36,525 nt of DNA, taken from a virus (Duplodnaviria; Caudoviricetes). Location of the stretch: IMG/VR virus record IMGVR_UViG_3300044606_000252, positions 1 to 36,525 of that record. The stretch is one strand, 5' to 3'. Position 1 is the stretch's first letter; each line of letters opens with the position of its first letter. The position numbers were made by a program, and so were the translations under genes. This document shows positions 1-9,751 of this stretch, piece after piece. The notes beneath the pieces were generated by a model. The model searched no databases, was not told where the DNA came from, and worked only from the letters and a program-made list of their open reading frames with translations.

Positions 1-3000
1 GCCGTCCTGTTGCGCCTGCTCCACGGCCTCGATCTGCGTCAGTTTGGCGATGTCGGCGGCTTCTTCCGGCGTCGTCGCCGTGTCGTTTTGCTCCGAGTAG
101 CTGGAATAGCCTTGCTCTACGGCCAGGGCTGCATCGAAATATTCCCCCGCCACGTCGTCGTCATCCCCAGTGATGAGGACATGGCACGGCGCGCCCCGGT
201 CCGTTATGGACCACGCATGATGCCAGGTGTTCTCCTGAAGCGTCCCAATCGCATGGCGCGTCCAGAAGCGTGAGAAATAGATGCCGCCGTCCGGCGTCGC
301 AATCCATTTCACGAACCGGTTGTCGCCGATCTCGCGGATATTGCCAGACGCCTTGGAGTCCTTGCTTGCCGTAAAGCGCTTCAGCTCCGCGCCCAGTTCC
401 AGCACACGGAAGGTAGCCGTATAGGCGCTCACCGCACCGCTGTAATGCACCTGGATCGGCCCGGCGGTATCCACGCGGTAGCTATTCGTGCCGTCGGTGA
501 AGTGATCCAGGTTGAACGTCCACACCGGCGCGCCGTCGATTTCGACCGTGACCAGTTCGCGCTCCACGGCCACTCGCAGGTTGATGAGCTTCGTCACGTC
601 ATCGGTGTAGTTGTATTGCAGCCCGCTCACCTGGGCGTTGCTGCCGGCGATGTTGAAATCAGCCACCGGCACAACAGCATGCGCCAGGAAGCCGTAGTCG
701 CCGCTGGCAGTCGGCTGCACGTCGGTCGTGTCTGGGGTCGTCTCGGCGCTGGCGTTGGTGTTGGTGGTCGATAGCAGGATACGCACGTTGCCGGCGCTCC
801 CGGCCTGGAGGTTGGCGCCGGTGTTGTAAACCTGAAGCGATAGCCGATAGTAGTTGCGGAAGAGGATGTTCAACCGGATGTCGCTGGTTGGGTTGCCGCT
901 GGAATTCGTGGCGCTACCCACCAGGTGTACCTGCGCATCCAAGCAGAAGTTGGAGCGGTTCGACACCAGCGGGATGCTCTGCGGCGTAGTCGTCAGCGTC
1001 GTCTGCCAGGCGCTGGTAGGGTCGGTGTGATAGGTGGCGAACTGCGCTTTGCGCATGCCGGCCATGCAGCACAATTGGTCGATGGCATCCTGCACGGCTT
1101 GAAAACGGCCAGCGTACAGTGCAAATCGGCTCACCTGGATCGTGGGCGGCGTACCCGCCGCATCGTGCGGGTGATATAGCACCGGCGCCTCGCTCGAATG
1201 GCCGACCTTCTTGGTGCCCCACTTTCCGCGCTCCTCGATCACCAGCACGTCCCTGGATTCGCTCTTGGATTCCGGCGTGTAGCTTCCCAGCGTGCCATAC
1301 ATCTTGTCATACATGCCGATGGTGACCGACGCCGCCTCGACGTCGCGCGACCGCACATACCAGGCCGTCTGTTCATCTTCGTTGCTGGTCTCCTGGGTGC
1401 GCATGAAACCGCCCGAGCCCGAATCGTTGCGCCCCGATAGCGTCGCCATCATGCCGACGGGGTCATCGATCCGCCCTAAGTCCCCCTGGACGTAACCATT
1501 GATAGCCTCGGGCGTGCTAGTGAACGTCGGGCTTGGCGCTGACTGCGGGTTGACGACGGCATAGGCGGTCGGGATGACCGTCCATTTGGCGTAGTTGCGC
1601 TTGGGGCTGATGTAGTGATCGTTGAGCGTCGCCGGGAAACCGGCCAACTCTGTCCAGTTGGATAGCGTGGATGCCGGCAGTGCGGTCAAGCGATACGTCT
1701 TGTTCAGGTCGGTACGGTTGCAGTAGTCCCCCACCCTCGGCGCGCCGTAGATCGTATGCGTGAGTGCCAGCATCGCCGCCTGGCTGGCCGCCTGGTAAGC
1801 CACATTGGTCGTCTTGTTCCAGGACCATAGCTCCACCAGTTCCTGCTTGTAGCCGATCACTTCGTCATCACAGATCAGTTCATCGTCATTCGGCAGTCCC
1901 TTTTCGGACATCCAATAATCACAGATGCGATTGTGGCTGAAGAAGAAACGCCACGGGCTGGGGGCCGATCCATTCCATTCCCAGTTGCCTTGCGGAACGG
2001 GATTCGTCGCGTCGAAGCCGCGTGGTTGGACGTCCACAATGGTCCCCGATCCGGCGGCGGAGGTTGACCACGGCTCGCCGGTGTCATAGATGTCATGCTG
2101 GATGCCATCGCTCTTGATGTGGCGGAAGAATGCGGCGTCATTTTCATCATTAACGATGAAGCCAAGCCCATATAGGATCAACGCTGTCTTCGAGGCAGGC
2201 GGGTCGGTCACTAACATGGTCGTTGAATTTTGCACGTTGGTCGTGCTGGCGCCGGAATTCATCCATGCGCCGCGCTGGCCGGTGCGAAAGTAGAGCACGC
2301 CGGCGCCGCCATATGTATAGCGAAGCCCGCATCTGAACCTGCTCTTATCGACGAATGTGGTGACGACCACATGTGAGCCGCTTGCGCCGTGATAAACGGG
2401 CATTCCGATCTCAAGTTGCCGGATCAAATCTTCACTGGCCGACGGCAAATAGATGCCGGTCGTGCCGGGATAGTCTGGATTCCCGACATCTGATCCGCCG
2501 GCGTCATGGGTCCATGAGCCGTCCAGCGCCGAGGCGTAAGCTTCCGAATCGGCGTAAGCGGACATATCAGATGCGTCGTTCAGCGAAATTAGCGTGTCGT
2601 CGTATACCGCGTGCGCCCAGGCCCCGACGTCACAATAGACGTCCGTCGAATAGGCGATGCCAGCATAATCTTTGCCGGGTTGCGAGCGTTGTTCCTGGGC
2701 ATCGAAGACGAAATCGAGGATGCAGGTGTAGCCAGCGCTATCAGCGACGTTCTCCGGCGTATAGTCGCGCGCCTTAGCGAATACCTGCACCCTCCGGCCA
2801 GAAGCCCGGAATGCCAGGTCGTATTCCGTCCCCGGTGCAAGAGCATAAGTCGCCTGAGTGCGGTAGGTGCCGACTGCTGCGCGGGTGCGCTTGCCGGTCG
2901 CGATAGCCGATTCCCACAGCCCGTTAATGCGCGCCTTGAAGTTCCAGCCGGTATCCTCCTTGTCCTCGTCGCTGGTGTCGATGGGGTTCAGATCGAATAT

Positions 3001-4767
3001 TTGCACGCTCGGTTGGGTATGGTGATACCCGCTCCACGGCGTCGTCTGGCTCTTGGGGATCAGCACCACACAGCCGGTCAGGTCATCCTCGGATGCCCCG
3101 AAGACAAAGCCAAAGCTGGACAAGTGCCCCGTTGCGTGGCTGGAGAATTTCACGGATGCCAGCATGAAGCAATCGCCGCTGGCGTCCGACTCGGCCAAGA
3201 TCACGGTCGGCTCATTCAGGCCATCATAGAGCAGGTGATCGGCCTCGCTGTTGGCTGTGCCGCGATCCTCCGGCGTCTTCAAAGTCAGGTCGTCCAACGT
3301 CGTCAAGTCGGTCGCCAGCTTCACCCGCCCGCGCAGGTCAACCTCGATGGGTAGGTTGTATTTCGTGAGCGTCTTCGATCCCAGGTCGGTCGCGGCGATC
3401 TTCGTCGCATCCCGGCCGGAAACGTCGGCGGCATCCTCCGGCTTATCGATGGAATAGGCCCCATAATCGATCAGACCCACCCTATTGCCCGACTGCCAGT
3501 AGATCACGCATCCTGGCCCCAGGTGTGGCTGATTGTCGAAGGTCGCGCTACCCCCGGCGACCGTACTTGGCACCAGTTCCAATGACAGCGTTTCGCTCGA
3601 TGTGGGCGATGCGCTGACGCCGGCGCCAGGCGCTACGTAATTCGTCAGCGTGAAGCGCGCCGGCGTGCTGGGGAGTTGCAATTCAGTGGGGGTAGCCACA
3701 AATGCCGAGGCGTTGCCGCCGTAGTAGAGCGTTGAACCGATCAGGTTCAGCGCGCCATTCAGGGATGCACTGGCCAGGAACGATGAGCGCTCGGCGAACG
3801 ACCAGTTTTGACCATCCTTACTGACAAGCAGCAAATCCCAGGCGGTCGGCACCCCGCCGGATGTGCGGCTGAAGCGCCCACAGGTGTAATACAGCCCGTT
3901 GATCTTGGTCGTGGCGCTGGCCAGGCAGGAGAGTTTATCCGATTCCGCGCTGAACGGCACCAGCGGTTCCAGCGCGCTCTCGATGCCATTGTGCAGCGTA
4001 AAGCGCACCGCGCGCCCGCGCACCTGGTCGTTGGCGACGACGATGATCGTCTTCGAGTCGCTGTCATAGAAGGCATGGATGAAGCTGGCCGTTTTCGCTA
4101 CGTCGTACCAGTGCGTGGTGCCGGCGGCATACACCGTGTCGAACGGCATCTGGATCAGCGTGTTCAACTCGATCACGGCCAACGCCGGCGTCATCCACCA
4201 AAAGCGGATCGTGGAGCGCTTCGTCGCGTAATCGTGTGTGCCGACGGCGACAATCACCGAGCCATCCGAGGTTGGGCAGACGGCCTCCACGCGCTGCACC
4301 TGGCTGGACGTATTGACGAACCCCACCCCGAACGCCGGCCCATACGTAGCGCGCCCGGCCCAGTTGGAGATTGCGCCGGCATAGAGCTGAATGTTGGAGG
4401 CTCCGTGCAGCGGCACATACAGTTTGTCGGTGCCGGAGTCGTTGCGCAGGCCATAGCGCATGGCACTATAGGCGGGCGACCCGCCGTCGATCTGCGTGCC
4501 CCCGCTGAGTGCCCAGGCGGATCCCGTCGCCGGGTTGAACGATTGGAAATACGCCGCCCCGTTCGTGCGCCGATAGGTGGCAATCAGTGCGCTGCCGCTG
4601 GCGGCCAGCATGTAGTTTTGCGGCACGCCGTCGTCCAGCGTCCCAATGAGTTGCGACGTGAAGGAAGCGAAGGACAGATGCTCCCTGCGCGCAAACGCCG
4701 CAAAGCTCGTGGAAATCCCATGTTGCTCCTGGGCAGCGAAGATAGTGCTGCTGCCGGGCCGGCTCAT
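1..4767 (-). CDS. Very large tail/baseplate protein (at least 1589 aa, 3' end beyond the window; absent from the ORF track)
   Basis: ATG at 4767 overlaps the TGA of the upstream gene (ATGA) and follows SD GAGGTG. Most of the frame down to position 1 was read by eye with no stop. The plus-strand ORFs 10, 445, 925, 1198, 2611 and 3808 are its in-register antisense shadows. It contains the tail-fibre-type module ASQAAMLAL..GDYCNRTD..TYRL...TLSNWTEL (about 1645-1790) and lies after TMP and Dit. Confidence 0.8.
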   Translation of the reverse strand, partial: MSRPGSSTIFAAQEQHGISTSFAAFARREHLSFASFTSQLIGTLDDGVPQNYMLAASGSALIATYRRTNGAAYFQSFNPATGSAWALSGGTQIDGGSPAYSAMRYGLRNDSGTDKLYVPLHGASNIQLYAGAISNWAGRATYGPAFGVGFVNTSSQVQRVEAVCPTSDGSVIVAVGTHDYATKRSTIRFWWMTPALAVIELNTLIQMPFDTVYAAGTTHWYDVAKTASFIHAFYDSDSKTIIVVANDQVRGRAVRFTLHNGIESALEPLVPFSAESDKLSCLASATTKINGLYYTCGRFSRTSGGVPTAWDLLLVSKDGQNWSFAERSSFLASASLNGALNLIGSTLYYGGNASAFVATPTELQLPSTPARFTLTNYVAPGAGVSASPTSSETLSLELVPSTVAGGSATFDNQPHLGPGCVIYWQSGNRVGLIDYGAYSIDKPEDAADVSGRDATKIAATDLGSKTLTKYNLPIEVDLRGRVKLATDLTTLDDLTLKTPEDRGTANSEADHLLYDGLNEPTVILAESDASGDCFMLASVKFSSHATGHLSSFGFVFGASEDDLTGCVVLIPKSQTTPWSGYHHTQPSVQIFDLNPIDTSDEDKEDTGWNFKARINGLWESAIATGKRTRAAVGTYRTQATYALAPGTEYDLAFRASGRRVQVFAKARDYTPENVADSAGYTCILDFVFDAQEQRSQPGKDYAGIAYSTDVYCDVGAWAHAVYDDTLISLNDASDMSAYADSEAYASALDGSWTHDAGGSDVGNPDYPGTTGIYLPSASEDLIRQLEIGMPVYHGASGSHVVVTTFVDKSRFRCGLRYTYGGAGVLYFRTGQRGAWMNSGASTTNVQNSTTMLVTDPPASKTALILYGLGFIVNDENDAAFFRHIKSDGIQHDIYDTGEPWSTSAAGSGTIVDVQPRGFDATNPVPQGNWEWNGSAPSPWRFFFSHNRICDYWMSEKGLPNDDELICDDEVIGYKQELVELWSWNKTTNVAYQAASQAAMLALTHTIYGAPRVGDYCNRTDLNKTYRLTALPASTLSNWTELAGFPATLNDHYISPKRNYAKWTVIPTAYAVVNPQSAPSPTFTSTPEAINGYVQGDLGRIDDPVGMMATLSGRNDSGSGGFMRTQETSNEDEQTAWYVRSRDVEAASVTIGMYDKMYGTLGSYTPESKSESRDVLVIEERGKWGTKKVGHSSEAPVLYHPHDAAGTPPTIQVSRFALYAGRFQAVQDAIDQLCCMAGMRKAQFATYHTDPTSAWQTTLTTTPQSIPLVSNRSNFCLDAQVHLVGSATNSSGNPTSDIRLNILFRNYYRLSLQVYNTGANLQAGSAGNVRILLSTTNTNASAETTPDTTDVQPTASGDYGFLAHAVVPVADFNIAGSNAQVSGLQYNYTDDVTKLINLRVAVERELVTVEIDGAPVWTFNLDHFTDGTNSYRVDTAGPIQVHYSGAVSAYTATFRVLELGAELKRFTASKDSKASGNIREIGDNRFVKWIATPDGGIYFSRFWTRHAIGTLQENTWHHAWSITDRGAPCHVLITGDDDDVAGEYFDAALAVEQGYSSYSEQNDTATTPEEAADIAKLTQIEAVEQAQQDG

Positions 4768-5144
4768 GGCAGCACCTCGCGTAATTTGATCGGGCGGGTC
4801 CACCAGCCGATCAGGGTCGATTTCGGCGCGGCGGCATCGGCGCTCTCAATCGTCACATTGCAGGACTCGCCCAATAGCCCCACGAATGCCAGAATGAGGC
4901 CGGCGTCGTCGGTTGTCGCCAACCACCCATCCACGTCGGCATAATCGGCATAGCCGGCTGCGGGGTCGTCGTAGCGGAACAGGAGCGTGACATCCCACGT
5001 GCGCCCGCGCGCTGTGCCCACACTGACGCGCGTGTGATTGTTCAATGTCTCGCGCACCGAGCGGTTATCAAGGGGCCGGTTGGGCTGATAACTCTCCACG
5101 TCGCATTTCAATCCGCCCAGGGTGATGTAATCGTAGGTTGCCAT
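4764..5144 (-). CDS. Putative distal tail protein / minor tail protein (126 aa)
   Basis: ATG at 5144 overlaps the TMP stop (TAATG). It lies directly after TMP and has a beta-rich composition. Function is inferred from synteny only. Confidence 0.6.
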   Translation of the reverse strand: MATYDYITLGGLKCDVESYQPNRPLDNRSVRETLNNHTRVSVGTARGRTWDVTLLFRYDDPAAGYADYADVDGWLATTDDAGLILAFVGLLGESCNVTIESADAAAPKSTLIGWWTRPIKLREVLP

Positions 5145-8100
5145 TACCAATCCCTCTCGCTCTGCTCATCGATCAGCCCGGCCAGGTGCTGAATCAGCGC
5201 GCTGCCCATTTGCTTGCCGTCGATGTTGAGTTGCACGACGGTCGATTTCTGAAGGCCTGCTGGAATGTAGACGCTCGGGGTATAGCGTCCACCATTGCCG
5301 CTACCGGTGCCCCCGGTGCTGCCCGTGCCACCCGTCCCGGTTCCCCCTGCCCCATCGAGGCCAGCCAGACCACCGGTGCCACCCGCGCCGGCACCGGCAA
5401 GGCCCAGGCTACCAAGACCGCCTTGCATGGAGCCCAATAGCGCGGCGTAAATGGATGCGCCCAGGTTCGTCGCCGCTGCGATGGCTGGACCGGCCACATT
5501 CATGATGGCCGTGACGATGCCCATCATGGCGGTTTGGACTTTTGGCATGTTGGCGATGACCTGCTGTTCGATGCCGGTCACGATAGGGATGCCGATCTCG
5601 CGCCCCGACAATTTCGAGGGTGACTTAGCTTCGATGGCGACCTTGCCGCTATCGATCACATCTTTCAGTTTGCCGTTGAGCGCGCTCTCAATGGCGTTGT
5701 CCTTCCCGATGGGCGCTGCGATACCCTGAGTGATCGCCGTCCCCACCCCGGCGAGTTGATCGTTGTAATCATCTTTCCACGAACTGGCGCTCGTCAGGCT
5801 GGCCAGGTTCAGCTTGGGCGTGACCTCCACATCATTGAACATATCGCCCAGCCGATCCTGGATGATTTTCTTGTCCGCCTGCGGGATGCCGGCGCTGGCA
5901 TTGGACATGCCGGCAATTTGGAAGTTAATCGACGGGGTGATGGTGATGGCGTTTTCTGGGTCACTTTCGATACGCTTCGCCTCATCCTTAAGTGCCTGGA
6001 GGCGCTGGAAGACAAGCGCTTGGGCGACCGTCGTCGCAAATGCGTTGGCTTCTTCCGGCGATGCGCCGGTATTGAGCTGTGCCTGGAAGTTTGCATCGAA
6101 GGAATCCTTATAGGTTGTCCCAATCTCTTTCCCGTAGTCGGCGGCATATTGATCTGCCTTTAGTTTTGCCTGACCTCGTTCAGCAGCACCCGGCGTGAAG
6201 TCGAATGCAAATGCTCCGCTGGGGGTCGTCAATCCTTTCTTTGCGTCAAGCCACAACTTGCCCCAATCGGTCTCTTCAGTAGCGTTATCTAAGCCGTTCT
6301 TTATTCCATCTCGCCACGATCCTGTCATCAGGCTGGTGAATACGCCCGAAAACCCCTTCTGCCGAAGCGTCTCGCTGTACTTATTGAATTCCTGATCTAG
6401 CTCCTCTGCTGATGGCAACCCAGGAATATTGATGCCGAGCTTTTGCCCTATCCCACTCACGAACCCAGTGATGAATTTACTTGCCGCCATTTCGCCGGCA
6501 ATGGCAAGGTTGGAGACAGACTTCGCCAATTTCCCGAGGAATGCCTGCATAGACGCATCAAGCTGCTCCTGCGGAACTGCATCCGGGAATCCCGCCATCG
6601 TTGCTATCCATGCGCCAAGATTCAGCAATAAATCGCCCGTCGTGGCACCGGCGGATAGGCCCACGTTGCCAGCAAGTTTTTGCATCGACGGGGTGATGTC
6701 CTCCACCGTCAGGTTCAGGAATGTGAGTGCGGCATCTCCAACGCTGAACGCAGTTTTTACAGCCGCCTTAACCTTATCTTTGGTATCCTCTGAAGTTAAT
6801 GCGGTGGCCGCCGAATCCACCCATCCACTAACAAGCTCAGCGGCATCCGGCAGCACGACGTCCAGCGACACCTTACCACCGAGAATGTCACCCACTTTCT
6901 GAGCGCCTGTGGGAGATGGTGGGCCGATCACCTCCGGCTGAAAACTAGTCGTTGGGATTACCGATGGCGGGTTCATCGCTGGGCCAAAGAAGAATTCTTT
7001 CGCCTTCTCATACGCGGCGCTGATGCGCTCCAGCGCGCCGCCGACCGAATTTCCCAACGATTCGCCCCAGGCCTCCAGTTGCCCACTATTGCGAATCTTC
7101 AGGAAGTCGTCCAGCACATGGTTGGCGAATTTTGTCACTGCCTCAGCCGCCGGCGTGAAAATCTTTGGCATTGTCAGGACGAACACATCCTTCATCGTGG
7201 ATTCGAGGCCCAACAGCGTTCGGCTCATGCGCTCAGACGCGCCACCGAAGTTCTCATCAGCGTATTTCACGAAATCGGTTGTGAACTGTTCCCAGGTGAT
7301 CTTGCCGCTGGCGAGAGCCTCATTGAAGGAATCCAGGTCCGTGACGGTGACACCGGACTGTTTGCCGACATATTTCAGCACGTCCATCAATCCGAAGCCG
7401 GCCTGTGCGAGCTGGCGCACGTCGGCCTGGGTCACCTTCCCCACCAGGCGGATTTGCGCGAAGTTATACGCCATGCGGTCCAGCATGTCGTTGCTTGCGC
7501 CGACGCCGGCGGCCATCTCTAGCATGCCGCGCGTGAACTCGACCGATTCCTTATAGCTATAGCCGAAGGCCAGTGCCATTCGGTTGGTGTTCTGGACGGT
7601 TTCGACCTGGTATGGAGAGAGGATGGCGAGGTTGGCCAACTCTTCCATCATCTTCTTGGCTTCGCCCGTCGCTTTGGGGAGCGCCTCAGCCAGCGACATC
7701 TGGCCGACCGTGTATTCCTTCGTAACGGCCACCATGCCACTGGTGGCCTTCTCCCCGGTGGTCATCTTATCCGTGTATTTGGAAAGCTCAAGATCAAGAT
7801 TTCCCAGCTTGACCTTCTGCTCATCAATCTTGAAGTTCAGGTCACTCGTCTTCCATGCGGCATCCTTCGTCTTATCGGTAATCAGGGTGAGGTTATGCTC
7901 ATAGGTCTCAATCTGATGATTGACCTTGCGCTGCGTATCAAGCAAGCCCTGATATTTCCCCCACTCTTTCTCGGTCAGCCCGTTGAACGCATCCAATTCC
8001 TTGTTGGCGGCGGCCTGGACGTAGGTGGTCTCCTTGACGGTTTGACCGCGCGTCATTTCGCGGGCGATCAGCGATTCAAGCCCAACCTCCATCTGCTGCA

Positions 8101-8335
8101 TCTGGCCGGTGGAGTTGTAGATATTCGAGGCGAAGCTGGATATGCCGGAGGCTAGTGCCTGGATGCCCTTCGATGCGAGGTCGCCCAGAGCATTCGCCGC
8201 CGTCAATGCCGCGCCGGAGATGCCGCCCAGGCTGCCTGCGGTTGAGCCGGCATCGCTACGCACCCTGGCCATCGCGCTATGGAAGCTGGATGTATCGGCG
8301 CCGACGACGCCCTGAAGTTCGAGAATGTCTACAAC
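5144..8335 (-). CDS. Tape measure protein (1063 aa from proposed GTT start)
   Basis: Long Ala/Gly-rich helical protein with a tape-measure N-terminal domain (SPYQVETV..LAFG..NFAQIRLVGKV..DVRQLAQAG..SRTLLGLESTMKD) and the IEAKSPSK motif. It follows the tail chaperones. SD GGGGTG is followed by CATTT and GTT at 8335. The ORF-track start (8395) merely translates the terminator hairpin. Confidence 0.9.
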   Translation of the reverse strand, partial: VVDILELQGVVGADTSSFHSAMARVRSDAGSTAGSLGGISGAALTAANALGDLASKGIQALASGISSFASNIYNSTGQMQQMEVGLESLIAREMTRGQTVKETTYVQAAANKELDAFNGLTEKEWGKYQGLLDTQRKVNHQIETYEHNLTLITDKTKDAAWKTSDLNFKIDEQKVKLGNLDLELSKYTDKMTTGEKATSGMVAVTKEYTVGQMSLAEALPKATGEAKKMMEELANLAILSPYQVETVQNTNRMALAFGYSYKESVEFTRGMLEMAAGVGASNDMLDRMAYNFAQIRLVGKVTQADVRQLAQAGFGLMDVLKYVGKQSGVTVTDLDSFNEALASGKITWEQFTTDFVKYADENFGGASERMSRTLLGLESTMKDVFVLTMPKIFTPAAEAVTKFANHVLDDFLKIRNSGQLEAWGESLGNSVGGALERISAAYEKAKEFFFGPAMNPPSVIPTTSFQPEVIGPPSPTGAQKVGDILGGKVSLDVVLPDAAELVSGWVDSAATALTSEDTKDKVKAAVKTAFSVGDAALTFLNLTVEDITPSMQKLAGNVGLSAGATTGDLLLNLGAWIATMAGFPDAVPQEQLDASMQAFLGKLAKSVSNLAIAGEMAASKFITGFVSGIGQKLGINIPGLPSAEELDQEFNKYSETLRQKGFSGVFTSLMTGSWRDGIKNGLDNATEETDWGKLWLDAKKGLTTPSGAFAFDFTPGAAERGQAKLKADQYAADYGKEIGTTYKDSFDANFQAQLNTGASPEEANAFATTVAQALVFQRLQALKDEAKRIESDPENAITITPSINFQIAGMSNASAGIPQADKKIIQDRLGDMFNDVEVTPKLNLASLTSASSWKDDYNDQLAGVGTAITQGIAAPIGKDNAIESALNGKLKDVIDSGKVAIEAKSPSKLSGREIGIPIVTGIEQQVIANMPKVQTAMMGIVTAIMNVAGPAIAAATNLGASIYAALLGSMQGGLGSLGLAGAGAGGTGGLAGLDGAGGTGTGGTGSTGGTGSGNGGRYTPSVYIPAGLQKSTVVQLNIDGKQMGSALIQHLAGLIDEQSERDW

Positions 8336-8342
8336 AAATGCA

Positions 8343-8458
8343 CCCCAAATAAAAAAGCGCCCGCTCATCATCAAGATGAACGGGCGCTTATGCACGCGGG
8401 TTCGTAATATTCTGCTCTGCCGCCGGCGTGGGCATCTCTGCGAGCGCTCGGGCGACTT
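8343..8458 (-). repeat. 116-bp leader repeat, copy 1 (structured leader plus intrinsic terminator)
   Basis: 114/116 identical to 14672-14787. It ends in GCGCCCGTTCATC-TTGAT-GATGAGCGGGCGC-TTTTTTATTT on the minus strand. Confidence 0.95.
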
Positions 8459-8464
8459 TCAGCT

Positions 8465-8493
8465 ATTATATGTTGCGGAGGGTTGAATGTCAC
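8465..8493 (-). promoter_or_regulatory. Sigma70-type promoter feeding repeat copy 1 and TMP
   Basis: GTGACA (8493-8488), N17, TATAAT (8470-8465), placed about 7 nt before the repeat. Confidence 0.65.
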
Positions 8494-9182
8494 GCTATCT
8501 CAAGGGCCTAATCATCATTGGCGTTCTGGTCGTCATCTGCGCGCCGTTCGTCTATGGGCAGCGCGCAAACCCAATCACCATCACCACCCCGGAACCAACC
8601 GCGACATCCATCCAGGAGCCGCTTCAGGTTATCACCTATACCGTAAAACCATCGTCCGGCGCGCTAATTCTCAGTGGTGTCCTGACGAATACCTCCAGTT
8701 CGGGCCGGCAGGATGTGCGCGTCGTCGCCACAGTGTTTGACGCATCCGACGCCGTGATTGGCGTCGGGAAATACAACCTGGCGGCACTCAATGAAGCCCT
8801 TCCCCATTACATCTACCCGTTTGAGATTTACGTAAGCGACGTTGCCAGCCAGCCCAGCCGGATCGCCTTCGACATTCAATCCGCACCCCTGACCACCGGC
8901 TCCTACGCGCCCTATACCCATCTCAAAATAACCAATACATCCATACAGCAGTCCGGCACCAGGCGCATCGTGCGGGGAACGGTCACGAACACCGGCACCC
9001 ATGAGGCGGCGCGCCCTGTCATCATCGCTATCGCCTACCTCAACAAGAGCGTACTGGACGTGGATTACACCTCGGCCCCGGTGAGCACCATTGCGCCAGG
9101 CGAATCATCGCCGTTTGAAATTACCCTCAATGCCGGCGCCGATGCCACGATTACCATCATCGCCGACGCATTGGCGAAATAA
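8487..9182 (+). CDS. Membrane-anchored moron protein with two Ig-like (FxLYD-like) domains
   Basis: N-terminal hydrophobic helix, a PT linker, and two repeats of G-x-V/L-TN..V/I-x-A..D/N..V(I/L)..PFEI. SD GGAGG. It is opposite in strand to the tail operon. Confidence 0.7.
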   Translation: MSRYLKGLIIIGVLVVICAPFVYGQRANPITITTPEPTATSIQEPLQVITYTVKPSSGALILSGVLTNTSSSGRQDVRVVATVFDASDAVIGVGKYNLAALNEALPHYIYPFEIYVSDVASQPSRIAFDIQSAPLTTGSYAPYTHLKITNTSIQQSGTRRIVRGTVTNTGTHEAARPVIIAIAYLNKSVLDVDYTSAPVSTIAPGESSPFEITLNAGADATITIIADALAK

Positions 9183-9404
9183 CTACTTCTGTTTGCTCAG
9201 CGTCACCCGCGCCCGCAATGTCGCATTGCGGCTCGCGAGAATCCATGCCGCCCAGAATTCGCCATCAGGGCGCTCTATCAGGCCCCACGGCGTGATCGAC
9301 GGCACGTAATGACACGCCTCTATGATTGCATACCAATCCGGCAGCCGGCCAGAGCCTCCGCCGGTGATTAGCCATTCATAGATCGCGTCTTCATCGGTTT
9401 TGGG
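9183..9404 (-). CDS. -1 frameshift extension of the tail assembly chaperone (gpGT-like)
   Basis: Slippery heptamer C CCA AAA at 9404-9398. The -1 frame reads PKTDEDAIYEWLITGGGSGRLPDWY...LSKQK to TAG at 9183-9185 and has no good independent start. Confidence 0.75.
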   Translation of the reverse strand, partial: PKTDEDAIYEWLITGGGSGRLPDWYAIIEACHYVPSITPWGLIERPDGEFWAAWILASRNATLRARVTLSKQK

Positions 9405-9715
9405 GCTTCCCCCACGTCGGAGTAGATTGCCGCGCGAATCGCGTTCAACACCGGCAGCGGCACGTCATTCGCCAATGTCTCCGGCGTGATCGGGATCGGC
9501 TCACCGCCCTTCGTGATTTCCCATCCAGCCACCAGGTCACAGATGAATTCCATCGTCACGTCCAGGGCTGTTCCTTCTGGTGCCTCTTCCAACTGGCGCG
9601 TATATTCGCGCAGTTTCTCGCGCGTCGCCATTTCCGGCCGGTACGTGATCTTGAACGCCTTCGGCCCAAACGTCACGGGAATCTCGCGCCCAGTCGTTAA
9701 TTCACCAATGTCCAT
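9368..9715 (-). CDS. Tail assembly chaperone (gpG-like)
   Basis: Lies between tail tube and TMP. SD GAGGTG precedes the ATG at 9715. Contains LVAGWEI..GEPIPIT and a slippery site near the 3' end. Confidence 0.8.
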   Translation of the reverse strand: MDIGELTTGREIPVTFGPKAFKITYRPEMATREKLREYTRQLEEAPEGTALDVTMEFICDLVAGWEITKGGEPIPITPETLANDVPLPVLNAIRAAIYSDVGEAPKPMKTRSMNG

Positions 9716-9751
9716 GCTCACCTCATAAAATCATGAATGGATTCTGTCGGA

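Noticed and set aside
10-4944. Long plus-strand ORFs (10-273, 445-774, 2611-3354, 3808-4944 and others)
   Set aside because: They are in-register antisense shadows of the large minus-strand tail gene, with Arg/His-rich non-protein-like composition and no SD.
8336-8395. ORF-track TMP start MHKRPFILMMSGRFFIWGAF
   Set aside because: These codons are the repeat's terminator hairpin and U-tract, identical in the non-coding copy at 14672-14787, and there is no SD before those ATGs.
8343-8458. 116-bp repeat as a T-box, c-di-GMP or other known riboswitch, CRISPR repeat, or IS end
   Set aside because: There is no UGGN T-box bulge or specifier stem, no recognisable aptamer consensus, only two dispersed copies with no spacers, and no transposase or target duplication. 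An Rfam search is still needed.
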